Source: Candidatus Saccharimonadota bacterium (lineage in GTDB: Bacteria; Patescibacteriota; Gracilibacteria; Absconditabacterales; Absconditicoccaceae). Taken from it: 32,000 bases of DNA. How positions within the stretch are numbered: the first letter of the stretch is position 1; every line of letters starts with the position of its first letter. The position numbers and the translations under genes are program-made. The stretch is from the NCBI GenBank assembly GCA_030429145.1, contig JAUIDC010000001.1, forward strand, positions 510,001 through 542,000, in the 5' to 3' direction. Of the stretch, positions 18,985-27,305 are shown piece by piece. The notes below the pieces were generated by a model, which saw nothing but the letters and a program-made list of their open reading frames with translations, was not told the origin of the DNA and did no database searches.

Positions 18985-19505
18985 TTTATCTCTTGAATGA
19001 TATTTTGAACCGCTTTTACTTCATAGTAGTGGCTGTCTCATTCATAGAAATGGCCAATGGTTTGTAATGATCCATTTGAAAAACACTGTGTCACTTCCTC
19101 TGGAGTCCCTGCAGGATCTTTTGTCTGTTGCACTATATGAATAGGTTGGTCGTAGGAAATCTCTTTGAGTGTCTTGGTCAGATCTCGTCCTAATGTCTCG
19201 GTGGCAAAGCGTATGGGAAACCCAGTAAACAGTACGAGGTCTGGTCTTAATTCAAAATGTTTCATTGCCTCGAGAGCAACAAGACATCCTGCAGATTTTG
19301 CGACAATTCCAATCTGTCTGTTATCCGGTAGAGAATCATATATTTTTTTTGCCTCATAACGGGTGTCTATTGACTTGCTTGTGTCCACCCGATGCTGATA
19401 GGTCCATGCGTTTACTTCAGAAAAATCAAAACTCAGAGCTCTGGCCAGCTCTTGTGTTCGCTCTTTGTTCGAGAGGCTATTGCCTCAGAGGAGGTAGAGG
19501 TGCAT
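18969..19505 (-). CDS. Alpha/beta-hydrolase-fold protein (small serine hydrolase, 178 aa)
   Basis: MHLYLLGGNS... (the oxyanion-type HG/GG region contains a TGA), a nucleophile-elbow-like AKSAG, and a C-terminal G-D-S-H region. Two in-frame TGAs (19476 and 19038). TAA stop at 18969. Confidence 0.5.
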
Positions 19506-19655
19506 GTGAAAGTGTCTTAAAACAACTATCTATGATATTAATGCTGTTCCTGTGATTTTAGGGAGAAACATCATGATAAGACTCAATGGCGAGAAATTCA
19601 AGTAAAAGCTCAAAATGATGATAACCATAAGTATACATAACTACTGGATATTGTG

Positions 19656-19683
19656 TTGAGTCGCCAATATCTTTGAATAGATT
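19656..19683 (+). promoter_or_regulatory. Possible promoter of the RiPP operon
   Basis: TTGAGT (19656-19661), a 16-nt spacer, then TAGATT (19678-19683), about 30 nt upstream of the precursor ATG. Weak match only. Confidence 0.3.
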
Positions 19684-19713
19684 AGAGATACTTTATCCTT
19701 AATCAATCTACTC

Positions 19714-19929
19714 ATGGTATTAAGACCACTTAACAATCCAAGCGATTCATTGGAAAAGGTTGTAGAAGATCTTAAAAAAAACTGAGTTGATGTTGTAGTA
19801 TACGAGGAAAAAAAAGAGATTGAAGATGTTTTTGCTTCTAAGTGTGACAATGGAGGGTCGTCTTCTGCAGCATGTGCCAATTCTCAGTCATGTGGAAGTT
19901 TCACTGAGGAAGTTACAAAAGCTGCATAA
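19714..19929 (+). CDS. Candidate RiPP precursor peptide (71 aa)
   Basis: MVLRPLNNPSDSLEKVVEDLKKN-G-VDVVVYEEKKEIEDVFASKCDNGGSSSAACANSQSCGSFTEEVTKAA. It has an acidic leader followed by a Cys/Ser/Gly-rich C-terminal segment with an internal GG. It lies immediately upstream of the peptidase/dehydrogenase/YcaO genes. One in-frame TGA (19783). TAA stop. Absent from the standard-code track, which shows only an antisense ORF here. Confidence 0.55.
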
Positions 19930-19944
19930 TTCGCAATTGCGATC

Positions 19945-19975
19945 AGGAGGCCTTTAGGCTTCCTTTTCTTTATTT
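19945..19975 (+). terminator. Attenuator / leaky terminator hairpin after the precursor gene
   Basis: 8-bp stem AGGAGGCC / GGCTTCCT (one G-U pair), loop TTTA, then the T-rich tract TTTCTTTATTT, positioned between the precursor and the first enzyme gene. Confidence 0.5.
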
Positions 19976-19994
19976 GTATTCATTTGCATCGTAG

Positions 19995-20741
19995 ATGGGA
20001 TATCCAAGATATAAAGAAAATCGAATGGTTGAAGCTACGCCAGGACAATGTAGTATAGCTGCCGTCATGTGAGTATTGAATTATTTTTGGTATACTGATT
20101 TCACGAAAAGAGATACGTGGGAAATGATGCAGATCATGAAAAAATGAGCGTATAGGTGGAATCAAGATGCTTTATTGACCGAGGAGGAGATAGCATTGAG
20201 GTTGGCTGAACACGGATTTGATATAAAGATTTTTTATTCTACGACAGAGGAAAAGCGAAGAGACTTTGTTGAGCACCCAACATGAGAGAAATATAAAGAA
20301 TTTTTGAAGCCTCAGTATCACAAATATGTAAAAGGTGATTATCGGGTAGATCCTAATAAGTGGGCAATTCATGAATGACATAGGAATACAGTCACAGACA
20401 CTTCTATTCACAAAAAACTTTTGCAAAATAAGAACGTCTCTATGGAGTGGTCTTCGTCAATAGGCAAACAGGTGAAAGCGTATCAAAATGATGGGGCCCT
20501 TTTTATTCTTTGACTTGACTCATATGTGTTGCACAAAAAGGAAAAGCCTGAGTGAGCTCCCCTTGGCTGACACATAGTCGTAACAACAGGCATAGAGGGT
20601 GGTCAGTTCAAAATTTTTGACCCGGGTCCTCCTTTGTGAAATGGATACCTTAAATCTCAGGACGTAGTAGAAGATGCAATAAAAGATCGGGGTGATTATA
20701 TGTTTATTCTCGTTAAAGAAAGGAATGCAGGAGCTGCTTAG
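19995..20741 (+). CDS. Standalone C39-like papain-fold cysteine peptidase (Peptidase_C39_2 type), putative leader peptidase
   Basis: Verified codon by codon: 248 aa with 8 in-frame TGAs (20070, 20145, 20283, 20376, 20511, 20553, 20568, 20637). Catalytic-type motifs are present: TPGQCSIAAVMGVLNYF (Cys codon 20049-20051) and GGHIVVTTGIEGGQFKIFDPG (His codon 20571-20573). TAG stop. Confidence 0.75.
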
Positions 20742-20772
20742 AATTAATAAGTTAGCTCACGTATATGCATAT

Positions 20773-21717
20773 ATGAACAGAATACATATTCGTACATATA
20801 AAAAGCATATTTCCGTGCCATTTAGTGAGTTAACTTATAGTACTCTCATAGAGTTGTGACAGATATATTGTTTTGAGAAATCAGAGGTGGAGTCGTCTCT
20901 AGGAAAACATGTAGTACGCCTCTTGTTAGAAGTAGGTTTCTTTATATCTGTACAGGATGGAAATAGTGGAGTTGAATCATGGGAGGCAGAGAGATATATG
21001 CATAATCCATCGCCCACTTTTACGCCTCTTGCGGATGCCCAGTTGAGATCTATATATAATTCATGAGAGTTATATATCGATTCACTGTGGTGAACTAGCC
21101 TAAAAGAGTATGAGTACATGCCGGTAGAGAGAGAAAATAGTAAATTAAATGACTATTTTGAGAACGTATGCTCTACAAGGTTTCTAAAGAAAGAAGATCT
21201 GCCAGAAGACATAAATGATATAGAACAACAAGGCTTGGCTTTGCTAAAAAATATTTTCTCTCCAAATGCACAAGGGCACTATAAGTATGGTAGTTGAGGT
21301 GGTTTATATTCTATTTTTCCTCTTTGCTTTACAAGACAAGATGTGCTATACTCTTATGATCATAGAAAAAAGAAATTTTTCTACAAAAAAATACCATGAC
21401 TTTATAACTGATTTATTCAAAATTGTCTTATAGGGGGTGCTGACAATGTGTTTTCAATGTATAATTTTTTTATCTTATTAGTTGCAGATACGAGAAGTGT
21501 ATATAAAAAATATGGTAATAGGGGGTTTAAACATTTTTATCTTGAGTCTTGAGCTATATGAGCTTTGATACGTTTGTTTTCCGCTGTTGCAGAGTACAAA
21601 CAAATAGAGTTGCAATGATATAGGGAAGAACCCATTTATAATGTATTGGAAGAGAGTCAGTTTTTCACTGGATTGGAAAATATTATGATAACTCATCTTT
21701 TAGCTTTGAGAATATAA
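20773..21717 (+). CDS. SagB-type (McbC-like) FMN-dependent azoline dehydrogenase, nitroreductase superfamily
   Basis: Verified codon by codon: 314 aa with 9 in-frame TGAs. Motifs are KYGS-G-GGLYSIFP (SagB PSGGGLYP-like, TGA at 21295) and RGFKHFYLES-G-AI-G-ALIRLFSAVAEY (lEaGh..Qn..L.A). TAA stop overlaps the next ATG (TAATG). Confidence 0.8.
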
Positions 21718-23237
21718 TGTTGTGGATAGTAGGTGATGAAATTCGTTGTTATGATAAAGAGAAGCAAAAGCTTTTGGAGGGTGATTCTAATGCTATTGCC
21801 GCGTATATAAGCTCTCATTTCGTAGAGTTATTTCAGAAAAATACTGTGGTAGATACATTTTGTTCAATAAACCAAGTGCTTGATGAGGATTGGCTTTTCT
21901 TTCATGTCATGAGAAAAAAGAGATTTATCGTTAGTGAAAAAATTGTAAGATATTATGGTGTTCAAAAAATAAAAGCTATCTTGGTAGACTTTGATCTTTG
22001 ACATTATAATAGAGAGTTAGAATGCGTACGCTTTTATGCAGAATGAGAAATATTCACAGAGTTTCAAACTATACATATTAAGGAAAAGAAAGATCTTTAT
22101 AGAGAAGGATTCCATACTCTCATACATCATCCTAGCAACTCTCAAATTTTTATAGCAGAGACTATTTTTTCATATGGATTAGGAAATTATAAAGGATGAA
22201 CAATCACGAATATAGGTTGATGAGTTGCTTCTACTCAGTCCTTGGCCAGAAAAAAATCTTTGTCAGAGGCCATAGAAAGATTAAATGGTAGCTTGGTTGT
22301 TTGAAGAGATTCTTCTGTATACAAAGATTGCGAACTGGATATGTCTTTCAGATGCCTCATTGAAAATCATGGTATCTATGTGTGACAAGAACTATTATGT
22401 AGAAAAGGAAAGACTCTCTTAGGAGGCAAAGCCCTCATTCCTGAAGAACTACTATTTTACCCATATGAAAAAGATAGATATGGTTATCCAGCTACATCTT
22501 CCGGTATGGCCACTCATGTAACCCTAAGGGAAGCCCTTGAAAACGCTCTTTTCGAAATAATAGAGAGAGATGCATTTTTGTTATTTCGATTGCTTAAGAA
22601 AGGTGGATATAAAATTGATCTATCCACTCTTAACGAGAATCACAAGGAGAGTATTGATAAGTTGGAAGCAGAATGACTTACTCTGAATATCATTTCCTTA
22701 CATTTTGACAATCCTGCGCCTGTCATATTATTGATGTGCAATAAAGGAAGAAGAACCATTATTGCACTTGGTGTTTCCTATTCTATACAAGAGGCTATAA
22801 GCAAGGCATTAAGAGAGATTTCCTATGCAAAGGTCTTTTTTACAAAGGAGCTAAAGAGTAATATAGAAGAATGAAGTGTACAGTTTCATACGCTTTCTTA
22901 TTTGCGTGAGAGTAGTTATCCGAAGGTGAGTTGGATATTAAAGTCCCCTGTTAAGACGCTTGGTTGGTTGGTAACTCAATTTCCAAGTTATAACCACTAT
23001 AGGCAAATTGCTCAACATTATCGCGCTATCGGAGTTGGGTTGTATTCCTATAGATACAGAAATATCATAAACGAAATATTTCATAGATTTACTGTCAGAG
23101 TGCTTTCTGATTCTTTATTACCTATTTATTTTAATAAAGAGATACCTAGGCACATTAAGGGAAGTAGAAGATTGGAAAAGCGGAAAGCAAAAATGAATGT
23201 AAAAAATCTAAATGAAGATGTTCATCCTTTGGGATAG
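21717..23237 (+). CDS. YcaO-domain cyclodehydratase (TOMM D-protein type) with a ~170-aa N-terminal extension
   Basis: 506 aa with 9 in-frame TGAs (21999, 22044, 22197, 22218, 22221, 22302, 22383, 22674, 22872). YcaO ATP/Mg motifs are present: IG-G-G-VASTQSLARKKSLSEAIERL (22257-22283), PATSSGMATHVTLREA (22491 onward) and ALFEIIERDAF (22545-22577). C-terminal ...DVHPLG. The frame was checked across 22002-22440. Confidence 0.85.
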
Positions 23238-23275
23238 AAAGATGGATCTGATGGAGAAAGATATTCTTAGTACGT

Positions 23276-23306
23276 AAAAAGCCGGACAGATATTCCGGCT
23301 TTTTTA
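23276..23306. terminator. Bidirectional rho-independent terminator
   Basis: AAAAA-AGCCGGA-cagatat-TCCGGCT-TTTTT, between the convergent YcaO gene and the 23326-23865 gene. Confidence 0.8.
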
Positions 23307-23325
23307 TTGTCTTTAAGAGAGCATC

Positions 23326-23865
23326 CTACCCAGTGTAGATTGGTCTTTTTTTTGCATCAAGGTAGGAACTTTGCTTTTCGTGAGGAGTTGGCTCAAGCTC
23401 CAACTGGAGCTTGTTTTCCCATTCTGATTCGGCCATCATGAAACTTCGTCGTGCTGGTGTCTCCTTGCAACGACACCCAAGCGTGTACATTACAGAGTTG
23501 TCCTCCATGTTATATTTATGTACTTTTGGGAGTTCATCACATAGTACACATGGGTACACTTGGTCTTCAGAGAGTAGGTTAAATAATTTCCTTACCCTTT
23601 TCAGTATCGCTTCGGAATTTGCAGGATCGCTATACATAGCAGGATTAGTTAAGTCCCTCGGAATGTAGTAGTACAAGAATTCCTTATTGTCAGGTCTGCG
23701 GAATTGCTCACTAATATCTCCGCAGGAACAATGAATTCCCATCTCCTTGAAAAGAGCTATTAGTGTTGCAAATTCACTTACTGCCGATTCATCCTCCTGA
23801 ACAAATGCAATAAGATGGTCCTTTAAAAGATCTTGCATCTTTTTTGTATCCATAGTTGTTTCCAT
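23326..23865 (-). CDS. Hypothetical Cys-rich protein (179 aa), possible zinc-binding
   Basis: Uninterrupted ORF with a TAG stop. Cys pairs are HCSCG, CVLCDE and GCRC. I recognise no family. Convergent with the RiPP operon. Confidence 0.5.
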   Translation of the reverse strand: METTMDTKKMQDLLKDHLIAFVQEDESAVSEFATLIALFKEMGIHCSCGDISEQFRRPDNKEFLYYYIPRDLTNPAMYSDPANSEAILKRVRKLFNLLSEDQVYPCVLCDELPKVHKYNMEDNSVMYTLGCRCKETPARRSFMMAESEWENKLQLELEPTPHEKQSSYLDAKKRPIYTG

Positions 23866-24021
23866 AATTTTTTCTTTTTAGAAGCAGATTTTAAACTTCC
23901 TTCTTAGTTTGTCAAGCCTTCTGTGATAGAGTTAGGAGTTTGAATTTGATAATATTCTTGCAATTTTCAACCTAAAACCTAGTATCTAACTCTAGGTTTT
24001 TATTATTGCAAAAGAGAGTAA

Positions 24022-25881
24022 ATGGTGCTTTCGTCAGACGAAATAAGGCAGAAATATATTGAGTATTTCCAGAAAAATGGACATGTAAATATCGAGGCTT
24101 CTGGGCTTTTGCCACAGGGAGATAGTTCGCTTCTCTTTGTGAACTCAGGGATGTTCCCATTGGTTCCATACCTGCTTGGTGCGGATCACCCGCAAGGAAA
24201 TAGACTCGTGAACTCACAGAGATGTTTCAGAACTGATGATATAGATGAGGTTGGTGACCAGAGACATACAACATGTTTTGAGATGCTCGGGAATTGGTCG
24301 CTTGGTGATTACTTCAAGAAAGAGCAAATACACTTTTGGTACACATTTCTTTTTGATGAACTCAAGATAGATCCTACTAAGATCTATCAGACTGTCTTCG
24401 GTGGTAGTGATACGGTGCCAGCTGATGAGGAAAGTATCAAGTACATCCAAGAGGAGTTTGCTGCTCGCGGTGTCACAGCTGAACTTGGACCAAAGACAAC
24501 TGGAGAGGGTGAAGTAGGACCAGGCGTAGAGTGCGATTTTTCAAAGCAAAGAATTTTCCAGTACGGTGCAGATAAAAATCGATGGCAGAGAGGGAACGTT
24601 GTTGGTGAGACAGGAGGTACGGACACTGAAACTTTCTATGATACGGGCAAGGAACACAATAAATCATTTGGTGAGCATTGTCATCCCAACTGTGACTGTG
24701 GACGTTTCATCGAAATCGGAAACAGTGTATTTATGCAATACAAACTTACTGAATCTGGACGAGAGAAGATCGAGCGTCAAAATGTCGACTTCGGTGGTGG
24801 TCTAGAGAGAATTACTATGGCGGTACAATGAACTGATAATGTCTTCAAGACTGATGTATTTCAGCCATATATCCAGCTGTTGGCAGATAAATATAATATC
24901 TCATATGAAGACAATGCAAAGGATGTGGAAGTCATAGTTGATCATATCAGAGCGGTTGCGTTACTCATTATGGATGGGGCGTTGCCATCTAATAAAGATC
25001 AGGGTTACTATCTTAGACGTCTTATCAGAAGAGTGGTAACAAAGCTGCAATTGCTCAATGTCGATAAGCAAGCAGTACATGATCTACTCGATAGCGTTAT
25101 AGAAAAACTTGGTGTCGGATATCCAGAGCTTAGAGAAAAAAATGATGAGATAAAAGCGGTTGTAGAAAAAGAAGTAAAATCGTTTTCACAGAATCTGAAA
25201 AAGGGATTGCAGTATTTTGAAAAGATGGTTGGTGATAAAAATGAGGTAGATGCAGAAAGTGCATTTATGCTACAGACTTCGTATGGCTTCCCGATTGAGC
25301 TTATCGAAGAGATAGGAAATGATAGGGGTATCAAAGTGGACGTGGAAGGCTACAAAGTAAAAGTCGAAGAACACAAAAACATTTCTCGTCAGGGAATGGA
25401 GAAGAAATTTAAGAGTGGACTTGGTGATAGCAGTGATCAAACCATAAAATATCATACTGCAACACATCTCTTACATCAAACTCTTCGCGAAGTGCTTGGT
25501 GGTCACGTACAACAAAAGGGGTCAAATATTACTGCAGAGAGGCTCAGATTCGACTTCTCACATCCTGCAGCGATGACGCCTGAACAGATCAAAGAGGTAG
25601 AAGACAAGGTAAACGCCATCGTGCAGAAAGGCTTTACTGTGAGTAGTCAAACTATGGAAACAGAAAAAGCATTTGCAGAAGGTGCGATTGGATTCTTTGG
25701 AGACAAGTATGGGCCGGAAGTGTCTGTCTATACAATCTCTGCGCCAGATGGATCGGTGGTGAGTAAAGAGATCTGTACTGGTCCGCATGTGGAAAGTAGC
25801 GACAACTTTGGTACATTTAAGATAACTTCTGAGTGATCGGTATCCGCTGGTGTGAGACGTATCAAAGCAATATTAGAATAA
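24022..25881 (+). CDS. alaS: Alanine--tRNA ligase, short form lacking the C-terminal C-Ala/DHHA1 region
   Basis: FVNSGMFPLVPYLLG, RCFRTDDIDEVGDQRHTTCFEMLGNWSLGDYFK, GGGLERITMAVQ-G-TDNVFKTDVF (TGA at 24829), the editing-domain motif HTATHLLHQTLREVLG...RLRFDFSH, and CTGPHV. A second TGA at 25834. The protein ends as GVRRIKAILE-TAA, for 619 aa in total. Confidence 0.9.
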
Positions 25882-25988
25882 TATCACAGGCAATGTAGTT
25901 GTCTAGCAGAAAAGCAGGAGGTAGCTCTTGTTTTTTTTTGTATGTTTTGTATGCTAGCGGTAATTTATTTGCATAATTTTTGTTTTGG

Positions 25989-27257
25989 ATGAACTATAAA
26001 AAATTAGCAGTGATGCTCGTTGCAGCATCAGCGCTTGTATTAGCTGGATGTGGCAATAGCGCAAAAGATATGAGCTTCGATGAAACCTATGATGCATTTT
26101 GGGATGCACATACAAGCGATGCAGTAGAGATGTTTACACACTTTGCTGATGCGCCAGCACTCTCTGAAGAGGGAACATATATGCTGAGTGGTTTTGTCAC
26201 TGGAGGTGTCGCGGCTAATGTGTCGATAGATGCAGTATCAGTTGTGACCAATGAGGGTCTCGATACAGATAGCGTGATCGGTATCAGTGGAAGCCTCACA
26301 CAGCCAGGACTCAACGATACAATTTCTTTCAATAGTGATATCCTCTTCAAGATGGTATCAGGTTTGTCGTATATTAATCTCTCGACACTCAACATCGGTT
26401 CAGAGCAGGGTAATCCGCAGATTAGTATGCTCGGTGCATTCTCTGCTATCCTTACAAATAAGTGGATTGCACTTGTAGGTTCGGGAACAGAAGAGTTGAC
26501 GACGCTCAAGGGTGTCAATCTCTCAAGTCTTTATATGGTTCCTGCTGCTGCAGTAGAGTCACTAAAGGAGTATCCTATTTTTGTAGAAACAAGCAAAGAG
26601 ATGGATGGCGATAAACCTGTCTATCATGTCGCTTTGAGTGCATCAGGACTCTATATGGTGGCAAAAGATATGCTTGAAAACGAGGCGGTAAAGGGATTCC
26701 TTCGCGGAGAGACATTTACCGATGAGGAGCTCATGGACTGGGCAAATACATTTGTTGCTAATGCATCATTCAAAGGAAGATTGATCGCTCATAGTAAGAA
26801 AGATGTAGAACTCACTATCGATATGCTTCGTCTTGATAACATGGAATATGTAACAGGAACAGTAGGTAAAGATGCAACAAAACTTGAAGTGATGGATGAT
26901 ACAGTTCAGCCTGCAGTCAATGTTGCAACACTTATGATAGAAGAGCAAAACGACAAGGTGAACTTTTCTCTTACAGCTCCAAGTCAGATGCTTAGCGTCG
27001 GAGGATGGGTTGATATGGAGAGTGTGGGTTCTGATGATCTTACATACTCGTTCTATGTATCTCTTTCTCATCCAGACTTTGCTGCTGACCTTGACGGTGC
27101 TGTAGCGATAGAAAAAACAGAGCCGGTCGTTGTAGAAACTCCATCAGCATACCAGACTGTTGATCAGCTTGTACAAGGATTCTGGGATATCCTCGGAGGT
27201 AGCGCTGGTGGCGATGATCTCGATGTGATGACTCTTGAAGAGAGTATGACTCAATAA
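25989..27257 (+). CDS. Lipoprotein, function unknown
   Basis: Signal peptide with lipobox (MNYKKLAVMLVAASALVLAGC). Uninterrupted ORF with a TAA stop. Confidence 0.55.
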   Translation: MNYKKLAVMLVAASALVLAGCGNSAKDMSFDETYDAFWDAHTSDAVEMFTHFADAPALSEEGTYMLSGFVTGGVAANVSIDAVSVVTNEGLDTDSVIGISGSLTQPGLNDTISFNSDILFKMVSGLSYINLSTLNIGSEQGNPQISMLGAFSAILTNKWIALVGSGTEELTTLKGVNLSSLYMVPAAAVESLKEYPIFVETSKEMDGDKPVYHVALSASGLYMVAKDMLENEAVKGFLRGETFTDEELMDWANTFVANASFKGRLIAHSKKDVELTIDMLRLDNMEYVTGTVGKDATKLEVMDDTVQPAVNVATLMIEEQNDKVNFSLTAPSQMLSVGGWVDMESVGSDDLTYSFYVSLSHPDFAADLDGAVAIEKTEPVVVETPSAYQTVDQLVQGFWDILGGSAGGDDLDVMTLEESMTQ

Positions 27258-27305
27258 TTAATAAAAAAGCTTTTTTATCTCAACTAAGGCGAAGATAGTT
27301 TTTTC

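Noticed and set aside
19573-19680. Two tiny ORFs upstream of the precursor (19573-19605, 10 aa; 19615-19680, 21 aa) as additional RiPP precursors.
   Set aside because: They have no Cys/Ser/Thr-rich core and are very short. They overlap the putative promoter region. They are more likely chance ORFs in AT-rich DNA.
19641-19880. Standard-code ORF of 79 aa on the minus strand, along with the other minus-strand ORFs at 19980-20426, 20835-21119 and 21478-21696.
   Set aside because: They are antisense shadows of the code-25 plus-strand genes. Their sequences are low-complexity and match no family, whereas the plus strand gives full-length YcaO, SagB and C39 homologues.
19500-23900. Mobile-element boundaries around the RiPP cluster (integrase, transposase, tRNA target site, flanking direct repeats), and CRISPR arrays anywhere in the window.
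   Set aside because: I found no transposase or integrase-like ORF under either code, no tRNA, no terminal inverted or direct repeats flanking the cluster, and no regularly spaced repeat array in the 32 kb.
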